From Pseudomonadota bacterium (lineage in GTDB: Bacteria > Bdellovibrionota_B > Oligoflexia > Oligoflexales > CAIYRB01), in contig JANOTL010000123.1 of assembly GCA_031416315.1 (NCBI GenBank), positions 1 through 42,593 on the forward strand: a stretch of DNA of 42,593 bases, written 5' to 3'. The translations under genes were made by a program, and so were the position numbers. Below the pieces are notes generated by a model that was given only the letters and a program-made list of their open reading frames with translations, did no database searches and was not told the origin of the DNA. Shown one piece after another: positions 18,467-26,716 of the stretch (the stretch's first letter is position 1; each line of letters opens with the position of its first letter).

Positions 18467-20854
18467 GTGCCACGAACCGAGGAATCCCGCTTGAGATCTG
18501 TCGTCGCCGCCTTCTTGCTCGGTCTGTCCGGCCTCGCGTTCGCGACGACTCCGCCCGAGTCCTATGCGCCGCCCGACGCGGAGGCGCAAGCCTCGCCGAT
18601 GGACGCGAACCTCGGCGCTTGGCTCGAGGAGCACGTCGAGCGCGTTTCGCCGGAGACCCTGAGCCCCGAGGCCTTCACGAAGCTGCTCAAAGAGCAGGAC
18701 CCGGTGACGCGCGCTTTTCTGGAGCTCGAGCGCGCCACGCGCGGCGGCAACGGTGCGGGCGAGAAGGCCGCCTTCGCCGAGCTCGCGCGCTATCTAGACA
18801 CGAGCTCGGAGGCCGAAAGGCGCGACTTTCTCGCGCATCCCCTGCTGCCTTTCGCGCTTCTCGAGTTGATCACCACCAAGGGCGGCGCGCCTGACGTGCA
18901 AGCGAAAGCCGCCGGCATGATGGCGCAGTTCGCCGCCGGCAGCTGCGCGCAGAAGAAGCTCGTGTTCGAGGGCATAAGCAAGGAAGCCCTCACCATCCTC
19001 TCCGACGAAGGCCTGAGAGACCTCGTCGCGCGCATCGACACCTTCCGCTCCGCCGCCTTCCGGCGCAACGCCCTGAAGAAGTTGATCGGCACCCTGCCGA
19101 AAGGCCGCGAGGGCGCCGTCGCCGACCGGACCTACGCGCTCGCCGCTTCCGTCTCGCCCGCGATGATCAACCAAACGCCTTGGCTGAAGTCGATCAAGGA
19201 AGCGAAGGACAAGGCGAGCCCCGCCTTCGCCGCGCGCATCCGCTTCGACGAAGTGCGCAAGCTCGCCGTGCAGCAGCAATGCGGCAAAGCCAAGGACCGC
19301 CTTTCAGAGGCGCTGGCGCACACGAAATCGGCCGAGACCCTGGACATCGCCGTCACGACGGGCAAGGCGGTCGACGGCTGTTACAAGAAGCGCGACAAGG
19401 CCCAACGCCGCGCTGTATGGACCGAGATCGCCGCCGACATGCAGAAGGCTTACGGCTTCGCGGGCTGGGCCGAAAGCCGCCTGCGCTTGGGCCACCTCTT
19501 CTGGTCCGCCGACGAGTTCGAAGACGCGAAAAAATCCATCGCTGAGGTTCGTGACGCCGCGCGCAAGGCAAAAAGCCCCATCTACGAGGCGAAGGCCACC
19601 TTCGCCCTCGGCCGGATCGCGGAGAACGAGCTCAACGCCGACGAGGCGATCTCCCAACTCAAGGACTACATCGAGCGTTTCCCGAACGGCGAAGACGCCG
19701 AGCAGGCCTTGATGGGCCTCGTCCTCCTCGACATCGATCGCAAGGACTGGGCGGGCGCGCTCGTCCCCCTCGAGGCGATGATCCGCGGCCAGGACTCGCT
19801 CTCCGTCGACGAGCGCTCGGTCGGCGGCCACGCCTTCGCGCTCTTTTGGGCCGGCCGCGTCTACCTCGAGCAGGGCAACGCGGCCCTGGCGGAGGAGATG
19901 TGGCGCCGCGTCGTCACCGAATTCTACTCGACCTATTACGGCGCCATTGGCCACTACCTCCTCGAAAAGGCGATGGGCAAGAAGCTGGCCCTCTCGCCGG
20001 CGCGCACGCCGACTTTCCGGATGCACGCGCTGCGCGAGGTGTTCGTGCCCGCCGACCGTCTGCGCGTGAAGCGCGTCGAGGCGCTGATGCGCCTCGGCCT
20101 GCACGAAGAGGCCGTCTGCGAGCTGGAGGAGCTCGACGTCGCCGACCAGAAGCCGGAGAAGATGCTCCTCAAGGCGGTCATGCTCTTCGCCTCGGGCCGT
20201 TGGCTCGACTCCATCAAGCTCTACGACTCGCTGCCGCGCGGCTTTCGCGGCAGTCTCCCCGCTGGCTTCGAGCGCATGCTCTTCCCGCGCCGCTACGCCG
20301 ACAAGATCAACGAGCTGGCGAAGAAGGCCTCGGTCGACCCCGACCTCGTCATGGCGATCATCCGCCAGGAAAGCGTCTTCAACCCGGAAGCCCGCTCGCC
20401 CGTCGGCGCCTTGGGCCTCATGCAGCTGATGCCCGCCACCGCCGTCCTCGAGGCGAAGCGGCTCGGCGCCGACTACGTCTCCGCTGAAGAGCGTAAGAGC
20501 CTCATGGCCCTCGCGAAGAACCCGGTCAGCTTGATCGTCCCCGACACCAACTTGAAGATCGGCGTGCACCACGTGAAGTCGTTGCTGTCGAAATACGACA
20601 GCCCGGTCTTCATGCTCTCGGCCTACAACGCGAGCCCGAGCGCGGCAGCGCGCTGGAAGACCTCGATCCCGACGACCGATCTCCTGGCCTTCATCGAGCG
20701 CATTCCCTACAAAGAGACGAAGGCCTACGTGAAGCTCGTGTTGCGCAATTACTTCTATTACAAGCGCTGGTACAACCCGCCGACGGGCGAGCTCACCCAC
20801 TTCGACCAAGTCGCGTCCCCCTTGATCGCCGCGGTCATGAAGTCGGTGGAGTAG
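18467..20854 (+). CDS. Soluble lytic transglycosylase (Slt70-like, TPR superhelix + SLT domain)
   Basis: Signal peptide; IIRQES catalytic Glu, GALGLMQLMPATA, AYNA and ETKAYV. Confidence 0.92.
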   Translation: MPRTEESRLRSVVAAFLLGLSGLAFATTPPESYAPPDAEAQASPMDANLGAWLEEHVERVSPETLSPEAFTKLLKEQDPVTRAFLELERATRGGNGAGEKAAFAELARYLDTSSEAERRDFLAHPLLPFALLELITTKGGAPDVQAKAAGMMAQFAAGSCAQKKLVFEGISKEALTILSDEGLRDLVARIDTFRSAAFRRNALKKLIGTLPKGREGAVADRTYALAASVSPAMINQTPWLKSIKEAKDKASPAFAARIRFDEVRKLAVQQQCGKAKDRLSEALAHTKSAETLDIAVTTGKAVDGCYKKRDKAQRRAVWTEIAADMQKAYGFAGWAESRLRLGHLFWSADEFEDAKKSIAEVRDAARKAKSPIYEAKATFALGRIAENELNADEAISQLKDYIERFPNGEDAEQALMGLVLLDIDRKDWAGALVPLEAMIRGQDSLSVDERSVGGHAFALFWAGRVYLEQGNAALAEEMWRRVVTEFYSTYYGAIGHYLLEKAMGKKLALSPARTPTFRMHALREVFVPADRLRVKRVEALMRLGLHEEAVCELEELDVADQKPEKMLLKAVMLFASGRWLDSIKLYDSLPRGFRGSLPAGFERMLFPRRYADKINELAKKASVDPDLVMAIIRQESVFNPEARSPVGALGLMQLMPATAVLEAKRLGADYVSAEERKSLMALAKNPVSLIVPDTNLKIGVHHVKSLLSKYDSPVFMLSAYNASPSAAARWKTSIPTTDLLAFIERIPYKETKAYVKLVLRNYFYYKRWYNPPTGELTHFDQVASPLIAAVMKSVE

Positions 20855-21497
20855 CCCCCGGCTGGTTGTGAGGGGCCGAGGCCTCGCACTCCTTCGTCTT
20901 CGAGCAGCGTTCGAAGATCGCAGCGCTGCGCGGAAAAGCCGCCATATCGACGTCGAACCGCTTGGCGTTGTAAACCTGTGGCACCAAACAAAGGTCGGCG
21001 AGCGTGAGTTTGTCTCCGAAAGAGAACTCGCCGTCTCCTCCGCGGGCCAGAAGCTCTTCGTAGATGCCGAGCCCTTTGGCGATGAAGTGCCGGGCCTGCG
21101 CCGGGCGCGCTTTGTCATCCGGGACGAATTGTTTCAGCGCCGAGGGGTTCTGGAGCGGCTGAGTGCCCGACACGATCGTCAGGGCCAGTTGGCGGACACG
21201 CAGGCGCGCGAGTGGCTCTTGCGGCAGTAAGGGCGGATCTTTCCAAGTCTCTTCGATCCATTCGAGCAGCGCCAGGGACTCCCCGTAGGGTTTTCCGTCG
21301 ACGACGAGCGCCGGCAGGAGCCCCGAAGGGTTCGTCCTCAGATAGGCCTCCGCCCGGTGCTCTCCCGTAAGGATGTTCACCGGCCTCGACTCGTATGGAA
21401 CGCCCTTTAGGGCTAGCGCCCAGCGCACCCGCCAGGAGCAGGAGCTACGCCAATAGTGGTACAGAACCATTGATTTTGCCATGGTTGTGTCTGCCAT
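20835..21497 (-). CDS. maiA: Maleylacetoacetate isomerase (GST zeta class)
   Basis: YWRSSCSWRVR, QPLQN and ADLCLVPQVYNA signatures; 20-nt convergent overlap with slt. Confidence 0.9.
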   Translation of the reverse strand: MADTTMAKSMVLYHYWRSSCSWRVRWALALKGVPYESRPVNILTGEHRAEAYLRTNPSGLLPALVVDGKPYGESLALLEWIEETWKDPPLLPQEPLARLRVRQLALTIVSGTQPLQNPSALKQFVPDDKARPAQARHFIAKGLGIYEELLARGGDGEFSFGDKLTLADLCLVPQVYNAKRFDVDMAAFPRSAAIFERCSKTKECEASAPHNQPGATPPTS

Positions 21498-21510
21498 TTT
21501 AACAATCTCA

Positions 21511-21539
21511 TTGAAATCTCAAGTACGGTTACATAGAAT
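21511..21539 (+). promoter_or_regulatory. Putative sigma70 promoter TTGAAA-N17-TAGAAT
   Basis: 5/6 match at both hexamers with 17-nt spacing, upstream of 21606. Confidence 0.6.
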
Positions 21540-21605
21540 CCGCGCGCCCTGGGCTCAGTGTGCCCCGGAACTTGCAGTGCGACCACCTTGATAGGGGAGA
21601 ACGAC

Positions 21606-22034
21606 ATGTCCCGTTTCCTGACCACCATCGCCCTAAGCAGCCTCACGGTCCTCACGAGCACCGCCGCGGTCGCGAAAGAGTTCGGCAAGCTGATGCCGCC
21701 GGCTCAGGACTTCGAGCTCCTGGTCGACACGCAGCCTGCCGATGGCGGCAAAGACGAGGGCGTCGTCCTCAATAAGACCTTCAACATGACGGTGAAGGTC
21801 AATCCGATCTCCGAGGCGATGAAGAAGGCCAAGTTCACGGACTTTACCTTCGACGCCAAGATGCTCGCGCACAAGCACGGCATGGTGACCAAACCGAAGA
21901 TCACCGAGACCGCGCCCCTGACCTTCAGGATCGAGGGCGTGAAACTTCATATGGCCGGCGATTGGGAGCTCTACATGGGTCTCAAAGCCGGTGAGTTGCC
22001 AGTCAAATGGACCATTCCTACCCAAGTGAAGTAA
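21606..22034 (+). CDS. Secreted YtkA/FixH-like Ig-fold protein
   Basis: Signal peptide; DAKMLAHKHGM and LHMAGDWEL motifs; GGGGAG SD. Confidence 0.7.
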   Translation: MSRFLTTIALSSLTVLTSTAAVAKEFGKLMPPAQDFELLVDTQPADGGKDEGVVLNKTFNMTVKVNPISEAMKKAKFTDFTFDAKMLAHKHGMVTKPKITETAPLTFRIEGVKLHMAGDWELYMGLKAGELPVKWTIPTQVK

Positions 22035-22063
22035 GCGGCTCGCGCTCAGCCTCTATTCTAGGC

Positions 22064-22093
22064 AGGCGTCGCCCCAAAAGGCGGCGCCTTTTT
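22064..22093 (+). terminator. Rho-independent terminator
   Basis: AGGCGTCGCC-ccaaaa-GGCGGCGCCT stem followed by a T run. Confidence 0.7.
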
Positions 22094-22304
22094 GCGTCCA
22101 AAAAGCCAATATTAGTCGGTGATGAAAATTGGCCAATTGCCGCACTAAGAATTCTGGTCGACTCGGATTTGAGACAGCAAAAACAGGGGATTATCCATAA
22201 TTTCAAGGGTTTTCCCGATAGGGCGTTCGACCGAATCAAGGCACAATTGATGTCAGGCACAGCGACCGAAAAGCTGTGCCTTAACCTTTCCGGGGTGTCC
22301 GCCG

Positions 22305-22928
22305 ATGACTGATATTCGCGTTCTTCTAATCGATGACCATCGCCTGTTTCGGGCCGGCCTCCGTAGCCTCATGGAAGGCTTCGAAGGGGTCACCGTGGCG
22401 GGTGATAGCGGATTTTTGCCATCCGTGCTCGAGCTCGCGGCCAAGACCAAGCCAGACGTCGTCGTCATCGACTTCAACTGGCGCATTGGCAACGCCGCCG
22501 ACATCCAACGCGAGCTCGCGAAAGCGGCCCCGGCTGCGAAGATGCTGGCTCTCACCGTTGTCCGCGGCAACGAGGCCATCGCCCGTGCGCAGCGCGAGGG
22601 CGTCCAAGGCTATCTTACGAAGGATGCGGGTCCCGACGAGCTGCGGGAGGCGCTCTCCGCCGTCGCCGAAGGCAAGAGCTACGTCGGCGCCATGGCGCGC
22701 GAGGGCCTGGACAGCAAAACGTTGATCTCGCTCACCCCGCGTCAGCGGGAGGTGCTGCAGCTGATCGCCGAGGGTAAGAACACCCGGGAGATCGCCCGTC
22801 TGCTCAACGTCAGCGTGAAGACGATCGAGACCCACCGTGCTCAGTTAATGGACAAGACGGGGATCCACGACGTTCCGGGGCTCGTGCGCTTGGCGCTCCG
22901 GATCGGTCTCGTCGCGCTCGACGGTTAA
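22305..22928 (+). CDS. NarL/LuxR-family response regulator
   Basis: LIDDH, phosphoacceptor VIDF, GYLTK; HTH LTPRQREVLQLIAEG...KTIETHR. Confidence 0.95.
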   Translation: MTDIRVLLIDDHRLFRAGLRSLMEGFEGVTVAGDSGFLPSVLELAAKTKPDVVVIDFNWRIGNAADIQRELAKAAPAAKMLALTVVRGNEAIARAQREGVQGYLTKDAGPDELREALSAVAEGKSYVGAMAREGLDSKTLISLTPRQREVLQLIAEGKNTREIARLLNVSVKTIETHRAQLMDKTGIHDVPGLVRLALRIGLVALDG

Positions 22929-23410
22929 GGAGGCGGGAGCTTCTGCGCCATGCTGGTGACCAGCGGCGCGAACTCCGTCGCCCACGCCGGCTGAGCCCCG
23001 TTGTGACCGGCGTTGATCTGCTGAATGATCCGCGACGCGGCAGAATCCACGGTCACGTACTTCTTTGCGGTCGCATACGCCAAGTCTAGCCCCGGCGAGG
23101 CGAACGGGAAGGAGTTCTGGCCGGCGTGGCAGGGTGAGCAGTACTGCTTCATCTTCACGTAGAGGCCGAGGCGGAAATCCTCGCGCGCCGGATCCACGGC
23201 GCCGCCGTGGCCCTTGGCGATGGTCGTGACGGCGACGACCTTGGAGGTCGAGATGACGACCGCGCTTTTCGCGGTCACCGCGGTCGAGCCGTAGGCGTCG
23301 CCCAAGCTCTGCGTCGGCTTCGTCACGTCTTTGGGCTTCACGTCCTGACAGGCGGGAAGGCTCGCGCCGAGGCAAGCTAGCAGGAGGACCTTCTTCATTG
23401 CCTTCTTCAT
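22925..23410 (-). CDS. Small monoheme c-type cytochrome lipoprotein
   Basis: MKKAMKKVLLLACLGASLPAC lipoprotein signal; CSPCH at 23126-23140; ATG overlaps the upstream TGA. Confidence 0.75.
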   Translation of the reverse strand: MKKAMKKVLLLACLGASLPACQDVKPKDVTKPTQSLGDAYGSTAVTAKSAVVISTSKVVAVTTIAKGHGGAVDPAREDFRLGLYVKMKQYCSPCHAGQNSFPFASPGLDLAYATAKKYVTVDSAASRIIQQINAGHNGAQPAWATEFAPLVTSMAQKLPPP

Positions 23411-24438
23411 TTGACGGCCCCCGACGCGCCGAGATCGACGGTGATGGTCTTGTAGTTGATTCCCAGGATCGTATCGCCCAGGGTATTGCTCACCTTGCTC
23501 AGAGAGACCATGCTCGCCAGCGGCAAGCCGGCGACGATCGCGCATTGGTGCAGCCGCCACCCGTATTTTTCGTACTGCCTGAGTGTGTCCTCGAAGCCGA
23601 CGAGGCCCTTCAAGGAGCCGATGAAGCCGTCGAACGTGCAAGGATAGGGGGCCAAGGTCGCGCCCGGGACGTACTTCTTCGTCGAGTAATCGTAGAAGGC
23701 GCTGGCCGGGTTCGCCTCTAGCGCGAGCAGCGGCATGGCGGCCGCCCAGTTCGCTGCCGAGTTGACCGGCGGGCCGTCCTCGCAGGCGGCGTTGGCGAAG
23801 ATCTTCTCCAGGCTTTGCGAGCTCGTCTCCTCCTCGTCGGAGGAATAGGCGACGGGCGGCGTTAGCTCCGTCGTCTCGGGGACGTCGGATGCCTCCGTGC
23901 ACTGGTCGACCTGCGTGCCCCAGGCCCTGAAGAGGTCGATCTGCGTCTGGGCCAAGGGCGGGCGCGGAAATTGCGGCATCGGGCGCTCGTTCTCGGGATA
24001 AAGAGCGCGCACTTCGTTGTCGGTCGCCGCCGGATTCGCGGCTTTGTAGGCCGCGGCGGCGACGCCGTTTTCGAGGCGCTTCACGACGTTGTCGACGTGG
24101 TCCTTCAGGTAGAAGCAGTTGGTCGAGTTCTGCCGATTCTCGATGTCGCCCCGGTGACAGTCGGCGCAGTTCTCTTGCATGATCGGGTAGAGCGTCGCTG
24201 CATACGACACGCCGCCTTGTAGCGAAAGCGGCTGCCCGCCGCTGCCGACGGAGCAAGAACGTGTGTTCGCTGCGGCCGTGGCGTCGGACGAGAGGCCCGG
24301 TCCTGCCGCCGCCGCGCCCTCGGTGATCACTTGCGCCGCGACCGGCGTTCTATGGTCTTGATAGTCGCCGTCGTCGTCTTTGCCGCAAGCGGACAAGACG
24401 CAGCCGAGCAAGGCCAGGGCCAACTTGGAACGAAGCAT
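23407..24438 (-). CDS. Monoheme c-type cytochrome lipoprotein, Cys-rich
   Basis: Lipobox VLSAC; YPIMQENCADCH (CxxCH at 24154-24168); downstream PMP and IDLFRAW. Confidence 0.78.
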   Translation of the reverse strand: MLRSKLALALLGCVLSACGKDDDGDYQDHRTPVAAQVITEGAAAAGPGLSSDATAAANTRSCSVGSGGQPLSLQGGVSYAATLYPIMQENCADCHRGDIENRQNSTNCFYLKDHVDNVVKRLENGVAAAAYKAANPAATDNEVRALYPENERPMPQFPRPPLAQTQIDLFRAWGTQVDQCTEASDVPETTELTPPVAYSSDEEETSSQSLEKIFANAACEDGPPVNSAANWAAAMPLLALEANPASAFYDYSTKKYVPGATLAPYPCTFDGFIGSLKGLVGFEDTLRQYEKYGWRLHQCAIVAGLPLASMVSLSKVSNTLGDTILGINYKTITVDLGASGAVK

Positions 24439-24643
24439 GCGCAGAATCCTCCAGGTGCCTCCGGCCGGTTTTCCCCGCCGCCGACAGGATCTTCCATCGG
24501 TCGCTCGGCGATTGACTTTAACCGAAGGAGGGATGTCCCTGGTTTCGCGGGCCTCTAGATCTCGATTTCAGTTTTTCCTCGACGTGCCGATGGCTGGGTC
24601 TGGTTGCGGCGCCGGCCGGGCCACTAGAGGGGGAAACTTTCAC

Positions 24644-25948
24644 ATGCGCGTTAGAGAACTCGCGCTCGCCATCGCCACCGCAGCGACCACTCTGGTCTCT
24701 GCTCCGGCGCATGCTGACGAGACCAGCCAAGCGTACCGCCTGCATCGCCGGCTCGCCGGCGTCAATCCGTCGAAGACGATCCTCGAGACGATGAAGCTCG
24801 CGATCCGCGAGGGCCGTGCGGTCGACGCGGCGCGCATCGCCATCGACAACGAGGAGCACAGCTTCTTCTACAACGCGACCCTGAAGAAATTCTTCAATCC
24901 GTGGCTCGACGAGGAAGGCAATAACTCCATCCCGCTGAACGACGCGACCGCGACGCTCATCGGGATGACGCGCGACGACAAGAGCTTCCAGCAGATCTTC
25001 GCGACCAACGTGTCCTACGTCGGCACGGGCTTCGATGCCGCGGTAGCTGAGCGCATCCGCCCGCCCGAGCCCGGCAACAACCTCCATTATCTGCAGATGG
25101 AGCGCGAAGGCGTCGACTTGAAGAAGGTGCTGACGCCGATCAAGCAGACCGACGCCCTCCTCGACCCGACCCAATCGATGCAGGGGGAAACCGGCGTCCC
25201 CGCCGGCATTCTGACCTCGCGCGGCTGGGCCAGCGTCTACTACCAAGCGGGCACGAACCGTGCCCCAGTGCGCTTCTTGCTGAAAAATTTCCTCTGCCAG
25301 GACATCGACGCCTTCCACGACACGACCGTGCCGGACGACGAGGTGCGGCGCGACCCCGACCGCGCGCCGGGCGGCGAGTCGCACGTCTACAACAACAAGT
25401 GCAAGGGTTGCCACGCGGGCATGGACCCGATGTCGCGCGCTTTCGCTTATCTCGACTTCGACGACGAACGCCGCAGCATGGTTTACACCCGCCCGACCGA
25501 GGCCACGGCCTCCGAGGGCGTGAAGTGCGCCGAGGGCTCCGAGGTCGTCCTGAGCCCGGACTCGACCTTCGAGGACAAGCTCCGCTGCGCCGTCGTGAAG
25601 AAATACATGAACAACAAGGCGTCCTATCCCGAAGGCTACGTCGTCAAGAACGACCAATGGAAAAACTTCTGGACGGGCGGCAACAACGCCCGCGTCGGCT
25701 GGCCGGCCGCCAAGGGCCAAGTGATCGAGGGCTCCGGCCCGAAATCCCTGGGCCTGATGTTCGCGCAGACCAAGGCCTTCCCGCGGTGCATGGCCAAACA
25801 GGTGATGGCGCACGTGTGCCTCGCCACCGACTTCGAGAGCCAGATCATCAAGGACAAGCTCGATCGGCTGACCGAGAAATTCCAAGCGGCGAACTTCAAC
25901 ATGAAGAGTCTGTTCGCCGAAACCGCCGTCATGTGCATGGGTCTTTGA
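24644..25948 (+). CDS. Secreted CxxCH protein of DUF1588/DUF1585-like type
   Basis: Signal peptide ending AHA; RLHRRLAGV; GILT..GTNR..FLC; CKGCHAGMDP (CxxCH at 25400-25414); C-terminal SLG..FPRCMAKQV...FNMKSLF. Confidence 0.75.
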   Translation: MRVRELALAIATAATTLVSAPAHADETSQAYRLHRRLAGVNPSKTILETMKLAIREGRAVDAARIAIDNEEHSFFYNATLKKFFNPWLDEEGNNSIPLNDATATLIGMTRDDKSFQQIFATNVSYVGTGFDAAVAERIRPPEPGNNLHYLQMEREGVDLKKVLTPIKQTDALLDPTQSMQGETGVPAGILTSRGWASVYYQAGTNRAPVRFLLKNFLCQDIDAFHDTTVPDDEVRRDPDRAPGGESHVYNNKCKGCHAGMDPMSRAFAYLDFDDERRSMVYTRPTEATASEGVKCAEGSEVVLSPDSTFEDKLRCAVVKKYMNNKASYPEGYVVKNDQWKNFWTGGNNARVGWPAAKGQVIEGSGPKSLGLMFAQTKAFPRCMAKQVMAHVCLATDFESQIIKDKLDRLTEKFQAANFNMKSLFAETAVMCMGL

Positions 25949-25968
25949 ACTAGAGGGGGATACGTCAA

Positions 25969-26706
25969 ATGTTGCGTTATTCACATGCGGCGACCATCGC
26001 GCTCATTGCCATCTCGGCACTCGGCTCGTGCGGTCGCAAAGACGACGGCGGCAAGGACGCGGGCGTCGCCGCGCCCGCGGCGGCCACGCCGTCGCCGGCC
26101 TCGACTCCCGCGGTCGCCACCACGCCGCCGCCCTCGAGCGCGGCTCCGGACGAGACCAAGGCCCAGCTCGGCGACGAGACCGTCGGCGTCAAGAACGGCG
26201 AGCAGCTCATCTCGCACTACAGCCTGATGACCAGCGTGAAGTTCGAGGAGCTTGACGAGAATCAGAGGAACGAGGTGCTGCGCCTCAAGCAGTCGCTTCC
26301 GCTCGACAACGCCGCGGGCAAGTTCAACAGCGCGCACGTCCTCGCCGCGACCAAGCTCGCGACGACCTTCTGCAACGAGTTCCTGCGCCGCGAGCAGGAT
26401 GCGCGCTCGAACCCGCAGACGACGTACACCGCGAAGCTCCCCGACCTCGACTGGAACTCGAGCAAGTTCCCGAAAGAGATCGCGCGCCCGGTCTACGCCT
26501 ATTTCGTCGAGATCTTTTGGGGCGTCGACCTCGCCAACCAGCCCGCGAAGAGCGCTTGGGAGCCCGAGCTCGATGCATTGATCGACGCCCTCGCGGTGCC
26601 CATGCCCCCCGGCGCGGGTCAAGAGCCGCAGCCGATTGGCCTGCGCGGCTCGGCGCTGGCTTTGTGCGTAACGGTGGCCTCCTCTTTCTCTTCCCTGGAA
26701 CTGTGA
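25969..26706 (+). CDS. Hypothetical lipoprotein, helical domain with two further Cys
   Basis: Lipobox LGSC, P/A/T linker, GVKN..Q..LKQSLP..FNSAH..KLATTFC. Confidence 0.75.
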   Translation: MLRYSHAATIALIAISALGSCGRKDDGGKDAGVAAPAAATPSPASTPAVATTPPPSSAAPDETKAQLGDETVGVKNGEQLISHYSLMTSVKFEELDENQRNEVLRLKQSLPLDNAAGKFNSAHVLAATKLATTFCNEFLRREQDARSNPQTTYTAKLPDLDWNSSKFPKEIARPVYAYFVEIFWGVDLANQPAKSAWEPELDALIDALAVPMPPGAGQEPQPIGLRGSALALCVTVASSFSSLEL

Positions 26707-26716
26707 GGAATTCGCG

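Noticed and set aside
21560..21576. Possible sigma54 site TGCCCCGGAACTTGCA
   Set aside because: Lacks the invariant -24 GG, and a good sigma70 promoter lies just upstream
23411..24256. N-terminal 282 aa of ORF 22925-24256
   Set aside because: Overlaps the real 23407-24438 gene; the true start is the lipoprotein signal at 23410
24380..24643. N-terminal extension of the DUF1585-like ORF
   Set aside because: Overlaps the divergent gene and promoter region; the SD and signal peptide fit ATG 24644
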